A stretch of 64,000 nucleotides of DNA from Leucoraja ocellata (taxonomy: Eukaryota), in NCBI GenBank assembly GCA_036785375.1, contig JAWMAR010000081.1:8184001-8248000 (forward strand), read 5' to 3'. The translations under genes were made by a program, and so were the position numbers. Shown piece after piece: positions 49,945-61,323 of this stretch. The notes beneath the pieces were generated by a model that was given only the letters and a program-made list of their open reading frames with translations, had not been told where the DNA came from and ran no database searches. How positions within the stretch are numbered: the stretch's first letter is position 1; every line of letters begins with the position of its first letter.

Positions 49945-50315
49945 TCATAGAATCATAGTCATGGAGTCATAGAGTGACACAGTGTGGAAAAAGGCCCAAC
50001 GTGCCCACACCGACCAACATGTCCCAGCTACACTAGTCCCACCTGCCTGTGTTTGGTCTATATCCCTCCAAACCTGTCCTATCCATATACCTGTCAAACT
50101 GTTTCCTAAATGTTGGGATAGTCCCTGCCTCAACTACCTCCTCTGGCAGCTTGTTCCATACACCCACCACCTTTTGCGTGAAAAAGTTACCCTTCAGAAT
50201 CCTTCTACATTTTTTCCCCTTCACCTTAAACCTATGTCCTCTGGTCCTCGATTCACCTACTCTGGGCAAGAAACTCTGTGCATCTACCCGATCTATTCCT
50301 CTCATGATTTTATAC
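49945..50315 (-). mobile_element. CR1/HER1-like LINE 3' end (ORF2 C-terminus + 3'UTR)
   Basis: Translation YKIMRGIDRVD...SRTRGHRFKV...NFFTQKVVGVWNKLPEEVVEAGT is typical of the CR1 ORF2 C-terminus. Confidence 0.88.
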
Positions 50316-51212
50316 ATTAAAATCACTACTTTATCAACTAAAAGTATTGTTGTAAAATAAACATTTGATGAAGGATTGAGTTGTAGCAGTCTTAGAACAT
50401 GGAACGAGAACAGACCCTTCAGTCCACAGAGACATGATGCCAATTTAATGAATTGAATAATTACTAGAGGTGGCAAATGTTGGCATACCTTGTGCATAGT
50501 ATGCAAAACAAAGAATTTCACAGTATCAATCAATTTAATCAATCAAAAATAAAGTATCAATCAACTTTTAGCTGCCACATATCAATCCAGTCTTACTCTT
50601 CAATTTTAGTATTTGGCAGAGAACCCTAACCATTGTACAGGAAAGCTTCAGTAATGGCAGAGAGCCTTGTGAAACATGTCACCACATCATGAACTAACAT
50701 AATGTTGTCTCTCGTAAACAATTGAGGCTGCCAAGATTGTCAGCCAGTTCCTCCAGGATGTAATCAGTTCCTTTATTATCTGATTAAAATAACACCAAAG
50801 CTTAATGTTGCTGCCAACATTGCCAGAAGTTGCCCACGTTTTGCTGTGGAGTTTTCCTTTGAAATTAAGCTCCCACAGTTGTTAATTTTATCCTCCTTTT
50901 CATCGAGCATAGCACTGTCTACAAACATTACACGGAAAGGTACCCAAGGCACCCAGAATAGAGAGGTTAATTTCAAGGTGTGTCCCATGTAGAAATATAA
51001 ATACTTGCACAGGAATTTCCAGAGCTGGAAGGCATGGCCAACTAGTTGGAATGCAAAGAGTAGGGTATCGTTTTAAGTCTAAAGTTGGGGGATTGCAAAA
51101 TACTTGCGGAACTCCACACCTCTTTGGAACGAGCTGCCGGAGAAGGAAGTTTAGGTTTAGGTTTATTATTGTCGTGTCTACTGACGTACAGTGAATACGA
51201 ATAAGGAAAGAA

Positions 51213-51522
51213 AAATACATAAAGTGCTGGATTCAGCAGATCCGGTAGCATCTCCGGAGAACACAGATAGGTGACGTTTTGGGTCGGGACATTTCTTCAG
51301 CCTGGAGGAGAACTTGATCAAAGTAGACATACTTGAACTGTGTCTACTTTGAAGAGATTTCATAGTGGAGCAGTAAATGTAGACAAAAGAAGCTGCAGAA
51401 CTGAAGATTTCTGAAGAAGTCTGAAGAAGGGTCCTGACCCGAAACGTTACTTATCCATGTTTCCCAAAGAGACCTGACCTGATCAGTTACTACAGCATGC
51501 TGTGTCATTTTTTTGTAAACCA
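51213..51522. mobile_element. Short Penelope-like repeat copies (inverted pair) carrying a hammerhead motif
   Basis: Minus copy at ~51,213-51,300 and plus copy at ~51,420-51,522 (ctgaagaagggtcctgacccgaaacgtt...). Confidence 0.65.
51417..51452 (+). ncRNA. Minimal hammerhead ribozyme motif (Penelope-type)
   Basis: AAGT-CTGAAGA-A-GGGTC-ct-GACCC-GAAAC-GTT-ACTT: CUGANGA box, stem II, GAAA, NUH triplet GUU, a 4-bp helix I (AAGU/ACUU) and a palindromic ACGT in place of helix III. Confidence 0.65.
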
Positions 51523-53420
51523 ACATAGAAACATAGAAAATAGGTGCAGGAGTAGGCCATTCGGCCCTTCGAGCCTGCACCGCCATTCAATATGATCATG
51601 GCTGATCATCCAACTCAGTATCCTGTACCTGCCTTCTCTCCATACCCCCTGATCCCTTTAGCCACAAGGGCCACATCTAACTCCTTCTTAAATATAGCCA
51701 ATGAACTGGCCTCAACTACCTTCTGTGGCAGACAGTTCCAGAGACTCACCACTCTCTGTGTGAGAAAATGTTTTTCTCATCTCGGTCCTAAAGGATTTCC
51801 CCTTTATCCTTAAACTGTGACTACTTGTCCTGGACTTCCCCAACATCGGGAACAATCTTCCTGCATCTAGCCTGTCCAACCCCCTAAGAATTTTGTAAGT
51901 TTCTATAAGATCCCCCCTCAATCTTCTAAATTCTAGCGAGTACAAGCCGAGTCTATCCAGTCTTTCTTCATATGAAAGTCCTGACATCTCAGGAATCAGT
52001 CTGGTGAACCTTCTCTGTACTCCCTCTAAGGCAAGAATGTCTTTCCTCAGATTTGGAGACCAAAACTGTACACAATACTCCAGGTGTGGTCTCACCAAAA
52101 CCCTTACAACTGCAGTAGAACCTCCCTGCTCCTATACTCAAATCCTTTTGCTATGAATGTTAACATACCATTCGCTTTTTTCACTGCCTGCTGCACCTGC
52201 ATGCCTACTTTTAATGACTGGTGGACCATGACACCCAGGTCTCGTTGCATCTCCCCTTTTCCTAATCGGCCACCATTCAGATAATAGTTTACTTTTTTGC
52301 CACCAAAGTGGATAACCTCATATTTATCCACATTATACTGCACCTGCCATGCATTTGCCCACTCACCCAGCCTATCCCAGTCACCTTGCAGCCTCCTAGC
52401 ATCCTCCTCGCAGCTAACACTGCCCCCCAGCTTCGTGTCATCCGCAAACTTGGAGATGTTGCATTCAATTCCCTCGTCCAAATCATTAATATATATTGTA
52501 AATAGCTGGGGTCCCAGCACTGAGCCTTGCGGTACCCCACTATTCACTCCCTGCCATTCTGAAAAGGACCCGTTTACTCCTACTCTTTACTTCCTGTTTG
52601 CTAGCCAGTTCTCTATCCACATCAATACTGAACCCCCAATACCGCGTGCTTTAAGTTTGTATACTAATCTCTTATGTGGGACCTTGTCGAAAGTCCAGAT
52701 ATAACACATCCACTGGTTCTTCCTTATCCACTCTACTAGTTACATCCTCGAAAAATTCTAATTCGTCAGACATGATTTACCTTTCGTAAATCCATGCTGA
52801 CTTTGTCCAATGATTTCACTACTTTCCAAATGTACTGCTATCCCATCTTTAATAACTGACTAATAACCCTTCCTCATTACTCAATACATTACTCAATAAC
52901 TAATAACCCTTCCTCATTACTCAATACCCAGTCTAGAATAGCCTGCTCTCTCGTTGATTCCTCTACATGTTGGTTTAGAAAATTATCCCACATACATTCC
53001 AAGAAATCCTCTTCCTCAGCACCCCTGCCAATTTGATTCACCCAATCTATATGTAGATTGAAGTCACCTTATAACTGTTTTACCTTTGTTGCACGCATTT
53101 CCCTGGATGTTCAGCTCCCAGCCTTGGTCACCCTGGAGCCATGTCTCCGTGATCCAAACTATATCTTAAGCATTAATAGCTATCTGCACATTCAACTCAT
53201 CCACCTTATTACAAATGCTCCTTGCATTGAGACACAAACCTTTCAGGCATGTTTTTACAACGCTCTTACCCCTTATACAATTATGTTGAAAAGTTGCCCT
53301 TTTTGATTTTTGCCCTGGATTTGTCTGCCTGCCACTTTTACTTTTCACCTTGCTACCTATTGCTTCTACCCTCATTTTACACCCCTCTGCTCATACATTT
53401 AAGAACCCCACCACCTCTTA
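51523..53420 (-). mobile_element. CR1-clade LINE, internally deleted and frameshifted (RT and endonuclease remnants)
   Basis: SGVPQGSVLGPQLFTIYINDLD...ISKFADDTKL RT motifs (52,104-52,547), VRPHLEYCVQFWSP (51,712-52,098), endonuclease start CLNARSICNKVDEL (53,166-53,375), and (CATAGAAA)n tail at 51,523-51,540. Confidence 0.93.
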
Positions 53421-53859
53421 TTCTCTGTTTATTATTTTTTCTTCTTTCCACCCAACATCTGCAGTTCCTTGCATATAAGTGATACTGAATTGAAAACAAA
53501 CTGCTGGCTGAGGATAATTAATTGGCTTGACCACTCGTCTGAATTCATTGAACTTATGCAATGCAACTGCATACAGGTCATTAGGGTTGGACATCATTAG
53601 CTTCTGACCCCACTGACTTTGAAGTGTTTTAACAGGGTCTCTGAGTCCTTGACAACTATCAACATCCCTTCAATGAGTCCCTTTCCAAGTTCCCAAATGC
53701 AGCATCCAACAACCTTAGAACCTATAATCTTTGCTTAGAACACATTGCATCCCATGTGCAGAAGTTTGTTAACATCTCAAATTCACTTAATATTATATGC
53801 CTTCATTTTTGCTTATACTGTATACTGTCTTTGACTTCCTTTGTTGGCTGCAGTCATCT

Positions 53860-54125
53860 CATTCTCCCCTTAGTATTTTTTTTTTCTTTGGAATGAAAAG
53901 ATACTGTCTCTTCCAAATTACTCCCAGAAACTAATGCCCTTGCTGCTCCACCATCATTCCTCCTGGGATCCATTTCCGATCAACTTTAGCCACCTCCTCC
54001 CTCACACATCTGTCGTTACCTTTACTCAACAGTAATACAGATACATCAGATTTCAGCTTCTCTTTCTCAAACTACGGGTTGAATTCTATCATATAATGAT
54101 CACTGCCTCCTAGGGGTTCCTTTAC
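53860..54125 (-). mobile_element. Degraded CR1 endonuclease-region fragment
   Basis: Resembles the 56.8-57.4 kb fragment (gaattctatcat...tgatcactg...agggg motif). Confidence 0.5.
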
Positions 54126-54149
54126 TTTAAGCTCTGTAATCAAATCTTG

Positions 54150-54545
54150 AAGGCTGAAGGGTTATCTTACAGATGTGTATAAAATCATTGAGGGGAATAG
54201 ATAAGGTGAATGCACACAGTCTTTCATCTAGAGTAGTGGAATCAAGTAGCAGAGGACATGGGTTTAAAGTAAGAGGAGAAAGTTTTAGTAGGAACCTGAA
54301 GGGCAACTTTTTCACACATAGGGTGGTGTGTATATGGAACGACTTGCCAGAAAATATAGTTGAGGCAGATGCTATAGCAACATTTAAGAGGTATTTGGAC
54401 TGGTTCATTGATCGAAAAAGTTTAAAGGTATAAGGACCAAACGCGGGCAAGTAGGATTAGCGTAGATGGGGCATTTGGTTGGCATGAACAAGATGGGCCA
54501 AAAGGCCTGTATCCGTGTTCTAAGGGTGTATGACTCCATGACCTT
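54150..54545 (+). mobile_element. CR1 LINE 3' end
   Basis: RGIDKVNAHSL...SRGHGFKV...NFFTHRVVCIWNDLPE translation followed by a 3'UTR with the gggccaaaaggcctgt hairpin. Confidence 0.85.
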
Positions 54546-54599
54546 TACAACCATTTTCCTGTTGTTTATCCCACCCTAAGGTGATCTATTTATTTCAGC

Positions 54600-54930
54600 C
54601 TTGTTGCCATTTCTGACTGACAAGAAGTTGAGAAAGCTTCACCCAAAACAAATAAAGCACAAGATCTCAGGAACAGATGGTATTTCTGCTAAAATCCTAA
54701 AACTCAGCAGAAAAGATCTTCAGGCACATATCCACAGTCCCATAGCCTACAGCTGGGAAGAGAAGGATTTGCCATGCCATATGATACGATAGATTTATTT
54801 ATCCCGTGCGACAAATTGATCTGCCAACAGTCATAAAAACACAAAATACATGATACATGAAATTAAACAACAAGTGGCAAGGAACTTTGGAGATGCTGTA
54901 ATAATGGCCATCTTAAAGAACGAAGGCCTG
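54600..54930 (+). mobile_element. Old LINE RT fragment (RTE-like), interrupted by a small insertion
   Basis: KISGTDGISAKILK...SWEEKDLP resembles the K.PG.DGI..E..K motif at the N-terminus of non-LTR RT domains. Confidence 0.45.
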
Positions 54931-55044
54931 TCCAACTCAGGAACCCTCACTACGAGCCGGGATAATTTACACTGTCCTCAATTCTTCTTCTGTGTCTAAT
55001 CCCCGTTGCCCTCATTTACCGATCTTTCAAAAAACTATCTACTT

Positions 55045-55305
55045 AAGGAAGGAAAAACATTTTTCACACAGAGAGTGGTGAATCTCTGGAATTATCTGCC
55101 ACAGAAGGTAGTTGAGGCCAGTTCATTGGCTATATTTAAGAGGGGGTTAGATGTGGCCCCTGTGGCTAAAGGGATCAGGGGTTATGGAGAGAAGGCAGGT
55201 ACAGGATACTGAGTTGGATGATCAGCCATGATCATATTGAATGGCAGTGCAGGCTCGAATGGCCGAATGGCCTACTCCTGCACCTAATTTCTATGTTTCT
55301 ATGTT
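55045..55305 (+). mobile_element. CR1 LINE 3' end with (TTCTATGT)n tail
   Basis: FFTQRVVNLWNYLPQKVVEASSLAIFKRGLD. Near reverse complement of 51,525-51,780. Confidence 0.9.
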
Positions 55306-55336
55306 AAATTACTCCAATGATCTAAGCTCCACAATT

Positions 55337-55625
55337 GGGGCAGCACGGTGGCGCAGCGGTAGCCTCACAGCGTCAGAGACCCGGGTTTGATCCTGTCTAG
55401 GGGCGCTGTCTGGATGGAGTTTGTACCGTCTCCCTGTGACTGCGTGGGTTTTCTCCGGGTGCTCCGGTTTCCTCCCACACTCCAAAGGCACACAGGGTTT
55501 TTGGTTAACTAGCTTCTGAAAATTGTCCCTGGTGTGGAGCATGGAGCTAGTGTACAGGGTGATCACTGGTCGGCATGGACCCGGTGGGCTGAAGGGCCTG
55601 TTTCCATTCTGTAACTTCAAAGTAA
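55337..55625 (+). mobile_element. V-SINE/HE1-like SINE, near full length
   Basis: tRNA-like head (tggcgcagcgg / gggtttgatcc), V-domain core ttctccgggtgctccggtttcctcccacactccaaag, and LINE-like tail gggctgaagggcctgtttcc. Confidence 0.88.
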
Positions 55626-55639
55626 GGTCTAAACCCTCT

Positions 55640-56280
55640 CAGGCAAGGAATCACAAAGATTCCCGACCATCTGCAGGAACTTTCTGTGTACCTCAGTTCA
55701 TCTACAGCCCTCTAATCTTGCAACTGTATTCCTTAGTTTGAGATTATCCCACGCAGAAATTTCTCAACACCTACTCCGTCATACACCCCTCACAATCTTC
55801 CTCCCTCATTTTTCTAATTGCAAAGGATATACGTCTAATGTCTTTAGTTGCCATGAAAGAACGAACCATTTAATCCCATGAGTTAGCTGACTGAATCGCC
55901 TTTGGATCGCTTCCAATGCCAACTTACCCTTTTTTACACAAGGTTAGCAAAATAGCACACGGTGCTCCAGGTGTGACCCCCTCATTATCGTGTACAACCG
56001 TAACAATACTTTCCTTTTCCTGAATTCGAACCCTCTGGCAATAAAGGCCAATATGCTATTTTCCCTCCTAACGTCTTGCCTCACCTGCTTGTTAACAGTT
56101 TATGATTAACACTGATCAGCAGTGCACAAGAACACTTAGATCTTTTGTATTTCACATCTGCAGTCCTGAGATAATAGTTTGCCTTTAGATTACTCTTACT
56201 GAAGCGCACAACCTTACACTTTCCCACTTTAAACTTCTTTTCCCACGTTTTCACCCACTCACTCATATCCAATTGCCATT
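55640..56280 (-). mobile_element. Old degraded CR1 LINE ORF2 fragment
   Basis: LDMSEWVKTWEKKFKVGKCKVVRF-like translation, a CR1 post-RT motif. Confidence 0.65.
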
Positions 56281-56809
56281 GAGTGGCCAAGAAGAGATAA
56301 AAGGGCTAGATATAATATTTAGATCTTTCAGCTTTGTTTCATCTATATGTTTTAATCATTCATGAGATATAGTAAACTCTGAAGTGCCAGTCATTTTTGC
56401 CTATCCTAAACTAAAGGCCAATATGTTTAACGTGATTATTGTCACATGTGACTCGGCACAGTGAGATTCTTTGTTTGCATACCCAATGTATACATGTAGT
56501 GGCCACCTACGGCACTGACAAAGTAATAAAGTATGCAGGCTCCTCCTTTTGTTCTCACCCCCCCCCCCCCCCTCAGCGGTTCCCCCACGCTGGGTCCCAA
56601 TTGTCCATTCTTATCCCCCCACCTCCCTCACGGCAGTCGCCCCACTCCATTATTCTTCCCCTCCCCCCCTCATGGAGATCCTTCACGCTCTCGTCAACCA
56701 CTAGTAGACATCGCCACATCTGGGAGGCTTCACCATCGCCAAGGCCCCATCAGCGTGAGGCTTCACCGACGCCGAGGCCTCGCCGCTGTCGACGCCCCTT
56801 TTCTTTTTA

Positions 56810-57390
56810 CATGAGGCTTTCAGAATCAGTTTTTATATTCGCGCAAGCTTTCCTTCATGCTCTTTTTTAAACCCCTCTTAATTAACCCCTCCATCCTCCT
56901 CTGTTGAGTTCTAAATTTCTTCCAATCCTCCAGTTTGCTGCCAATTTATATGCCTTTTCCTTGGATTTAACAGTCCTTGATTTCCTTCATTAGCCACGCT
57001 TGAGTCGCCTTCCCTGTTTTATTTTTTCGCCAGACAGGGATGGACAATTTATGGAGTTCATCCATGCAGTCTTTAAATCTTTAGCATTACATCTCCACCG
57101 TCAACCCTTGAAGTATAATTTTCCAGTCTATCCTAGCCAATTCCCGTCTCATACCTTCAAAGTCTCCTTTCTTTAAATTCAGGACCCTAGTCTCTGAATT
57201 AACCGTGTCACTCTCCATCCTAATGCAGAATTCCACCCTATCATGGTCACTGTTGACCAAGGGTGCTTTGCACAACAATATCGCTAACTAATCCTTTCTC
57301 ATTATCCAATACCCAGTCTGGGATGGCCTGTCCTCTAGTCGGTTCTTCTACATATTGGTTTACAAAACCATCCCGTATACATTCCAGGAG
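56810..57390 (-). mobile_element. CR1 LINE endonuclease/linker fragment
   Basis: LECIRDGFVNQYVEEPTRGQAIPDWVL and SDHDRVEFCI...RVLNLKKGDFEGMRRELARIDW are APE endonuclease C-terminal motifs. Confidence 0.88.
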
Positions 57391-57394
57391 CTCC

Positions 57395-57516
57395 GAGAGA
57401 AAGCCCACGTGGTCACATGGAGAACATAAAATCTCCGGATAGACAGCACCTGTAGTCAGGATTGAACCTGGGTCTCTGGCGCTGTGAGGCAGCAGTTGGC
57501 TGCACCATTGTGCCGT
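57395..57516 (-). mobile_element. V-SINE 5' fragment
   Basis: Reverse complement of the SINE head (ggattgaacctgggtctctggcgctgtgaggcagca...caccattgtgcc). Confidence 0.75.
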
Positions 57517-58449
57517 CCACATGTTTGGCTGTAAAACACTTACCCAAAGTACAAAAGCCAATTTGTTTGTAAATGAATCTGGCACTTTTATTCCAAAAAC
57601 TTCAAACTTGTTCAAAGCTTTCTTGAAATACATATGCACATCACCTAACATCTTCCCTTCATTAGTTTTCCCAACAGACTCATTAAAAAATTGAATTAGG
57701 TCAGTGAAACACGAACTGCCTTTTACAAATCCGTTCTGACGCACCTTAGTAAACTCAAACCTCCCTGAGTGACTATTAATTTTCAGAGCTGCCTCCTCAC
57801 AGTCTAATAAACTCAAGAGAATATACACTCCCTTCCTGCTCACTCTTCTCAAAGAGCAGGCCTGCCAACGCTAAAACACATATATTGAAACTTTGCTGGA
57901 TTGGCGTTTCTTAGATAAAGAGACTGTGGGGAGAATAAAAACAAGGGGATAAATGTAAGATTTGTTTAAATGGATGTTTGATGCTCAGCATGAACAGGCT
58001 GAAGGGCCTGTTTCCATGCTGTCTCTCAATAATGCAGCTAGTATAACCACTGTGTCACAGTGGCACAGTCTCAGGTTCAATTCAAACTAGTGTGTTGTCT
58101 ATGTGGAGTTAGCATATTCTTTCATTGACCGCATGGATTTCCTCCCACATCCAAAGACATATGGGTTCATTGGCCTCTTGCAAATTGTCCACTGGGGTGT
58201 AGATAAGTGCTGGAATCTGGGGGCAGTTGATGCGACAGTGGAGGGAATGAAAAACAGGGTTAATGTAGGATTATTGTAGATGGGTGGTTAATGGTGGGCA
58301 CAGACCTGGTGAGCCAAAGACCTGTATGCGTGCTCTTTCTCTCTGTGCCACCAAAACAGTCCATATTAGTTCAACAATGGTCTCACCAAGCATTGATACA
58401 TTTACAACAAGAATTCCTTATTCCTATATACCAATCCTCATAATAAATA

Positions 58450-58785
58450 GGGCGGCACAGTGGCGCAGCGGCAGAGCTGCTGCCTCACAGCGTCAGAGAC
58501 CTGGGTTCTATCCTGACGATGGGTGCTAATTTCTGTACGGAGTTTGTACGTTCTCCCCGTTACTGGATGAGTTTTCTCCAGGTTTTCTTACACAGGGAAT
58601 GTGCTGCCGTGGGTGGTGGTGGAGGCAGGTATGATATAGGCATTTAAGAGGCTTTTGGAAAGGCGTATGGATATGCAGGGAATGGAGAGACATGGACACA
58701 TGCAGGCAGAGTAACTTAGTTAAATTGGCATCATGTTTGGCACAGACATTGTGAATCAAAGAGCCTGTTCCTGTGCTGTTCTGTG
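58450..58785 (+). mobile_element. V-SINE 5' half followed by a CR1 3' fragment
   Basis: gggcggcacagtggcgcagcgg head, then gtggtggaggcagg...catttaagagg CR1 tail sequence. Confidence 0.75.
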
Positions 58786-59112
58786 ATATCTCATGTCCCT
58801 TTTTTTGCCTGAGCTCCTTAATTTTACTCCAACATGCCTTATACTACTGAGGTGATTCTGAGCAACTTTGGATCCAATTTGGCAACTTGACATGAATCCC
58901 ATGTGCTCCAAACTTTTCGATCAGTCTTCCATGTTAGGCTTTGTCAAAGGTCAACGGGCATCCATGTGTAACATCAACAGCACTGCCCTCATCAATATAG
59001 TTCTTCATTTCTTTAAAAAAACTCAATCAGATTTGTCTGACAGCGTCTTTCACCAACAAAGCCTTGCGGACAATCCTTGATCAATCCTTGCCATTCCATG
59101 TGTAGATTACAG

Positions 59113-59340
59113 TTCAGTTTTGTTTATTCTCACGTGTACCGAGGTACAGTGAAAATCTTTTGTCTCGTGCTAACCAGCCAGTGGAAAGACAATAATACAT
59201 GATTACAATCAAGCCATTCACAGTGCACAGATACATGATAAGGGAATAACGTTTAGTGCAAGGTAAAGCCAGTAAAGTCCGATCAAAGATAGTCCAAGGG
59301 TCCCCGATAGGTAGATAGTAGTTCAGGACTGCTCTCTCTT
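59113..59340 (-). mobile_element. LINE 3' UTR fragment (Rex/Babar-like, clade tentative)
   Basis: Tail tttatt.tcacgtgtaccgaggtacagtgaaa. Related tails occur at ~51,150, ~56,435 and ~50,500. The clade is recalled, not verified. Confidence 0.45.
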
Positions 59341-60065
59341 GCAAGAGCATGGGTGAGGCCTATTCTTCCCCTAGTTAATCCTGTCCGTCAGAATTTTTCC
59401 CAATGATTTCCCTACTACTTTACAGAATTATGCCATTCGGCCCATCAAGGCCATTCAATCACGGCTGATCTATCTAGTCTATAACATCACGACAAAAATA
59501 GAATGATCCAAGTTCTCACCTGTGGGGAGATTCACTGTCCACACCCTATAAAACATTTACCCATATTCAGCACTTCCTATCCTGAGGCCAATGTTTTCTT
59601 TAATTTAGGCTGACAATTCCATTGCAGCAACCTCAAACTTGTCAAATGCTTTCTCAAAATCCATATTGACAACACCTAAATCCTTCCCTTCAATAATATT
59701 CTCTGTTACTGGATCAAAAATTCAAATCAGGTCAGTGAAAGACAATGTGCCTTTTACAAAGCGGTGCTGGCTCACCTCCGTTAAACATAGAAACATAGAA
59801 ACATAGTTAACTCAAACCTCCCTGAGGGCCTGCAATTTTGGCTCCACAAAGTCCAAGAAACTCAAGAGAATACACTCCCTTTCTTCTCACTCTCTCCTCA
59901 AACAGCAAACCTGCCATCTCTAGAACATGTGGCGTGAGTCTCTGCTGCATTCACTTTTCTTAAATACAGATAATGTGGGGAGAATAAAAACAATGGGATT
60001 AATGTAAGATTTGTGCAAATGGGTCCCTCATCACTACCTCCCCCCCCCCCCAACCTCTTTAAAAA

Positions 60066-60356
60066 GGGGCGTCACAGTGGCACAGCGGTAAAGTTGCTGC
60101 CTTACAACGCCAGAGACCCGGGTTCAATCCTGTATGATGTATGTATGAAGCTTGTATGTTCTCCCTGTGACCACATGGGGTTTCTCCAGCTGCTCCATTT
60201 TCCTCCTACTCTCTAAAGACCTAGAACTTTGTAGGTTAAATGGTGTCAGTAAATTATAAATTGTCCCTAGTGTGTAGGTGTATGGGCTGATCGCTGGTCG
60301 GCACGGACACGGTGGGCCAAAGGGCCTGTTTCCACGCTGAACCTTTCTAAAGTCTA
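60066..60356 (+). mobile_element. V-SINE/HE1-like SINE
   Basis: A/B boxes (tggcacagcgg, ggttcaatcc), core and gggccaaagggcctgtttcc tail. Confidence 0.87.
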
Positions 60357-60444
60357 AAAGGGTTCCTGATACTCTGCATGCTCGCGACCTGTTTCTGTGT
60401 TGTATCTCTCCGAGGAAGGTACAATTTACAAGACAGTGTTTTTC

Positions 60445-60716
60445 AGTTTTAGTTGTACAGTCCCTTTGGCCAACCGAGTCCGTGCCGACCAGCGATCCCC
60501 ACACACTAGCACTATCCTACGCACTAGGGACAATTTACAATTACACCGAAGCCAATTAACCTACAAACCTGTACGTCTTTGGAGTGTGGGAAGAAACCAG
60601 GAAAAAACCCACATTGTTACATGGAGAACGTACAAACTCCGTACAGACCACAGACGTAGTCAGGATCAAATCCGTGTCTCTGGCGCTGTAAGGCAGCAAC
60701 TCTACCGCTACGCCAG
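60445..60716 (-). mobile_element. V-SINE/HE1-like SINE
   Basis: Reverse complement of the same family, tail-to-tail with 60,066-60,356. Confidence 0.87.
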
Positions 60717-61323
60717 AGGTACACCATTGGTAGGATTGTACAAATGTAGGATTGGTGTAAATGGGTGATTGACGGTCTGCATGGACTCATTGGGCCAAAG
60801 GATCTGCTTGCAAGCTCTTCTTCTCTGTCACTATGACACCAAAGCTGTGCACATTACTTCATGGATATTCTTATCAAGACCCAATCCATTTGCAGCAAGA
60901 ATTCCTTACTCTATTCCAATCCTCTCATAATAAAGGCAAATATATCATTTACCTTCCTAATCTCCTATTGCAATCGTATGTTGACTTGTTGTGATTTGTG
61001 TACATTGACACCCAGAGCCCTTTGAATATTACTTTCGCTTCAATCTCTCACAATATAAAAAAAATTCTGCATTTCTGTTTTGTGCATTAACAATATTAAT
61101 TCACATTCCCCACGTTAAATTACATCAGCTCATTCAACTTGCACGTAATGCCTTGAAGTTACTTTCCTCTACTCCTGCACTCACAATCCCACCTAATTTA
61201 GTATCCATTCAAAAATTAATCTTTTGACATTTGGCCATTTAAGTCTAATCGCTGACAAAGAATCTGAAGAGAATCTGTTTATTCTCACACAATGCTTTCT
61301 GCCCAATAACATCCATATCAGTA

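Noticed and set aside
50033-57852. ORFs with RT/endonuclease motifs as host genes or an active retroelement
   Set aside because: Fragmented, frameshifted CR1 remnants with no intact ORF2.
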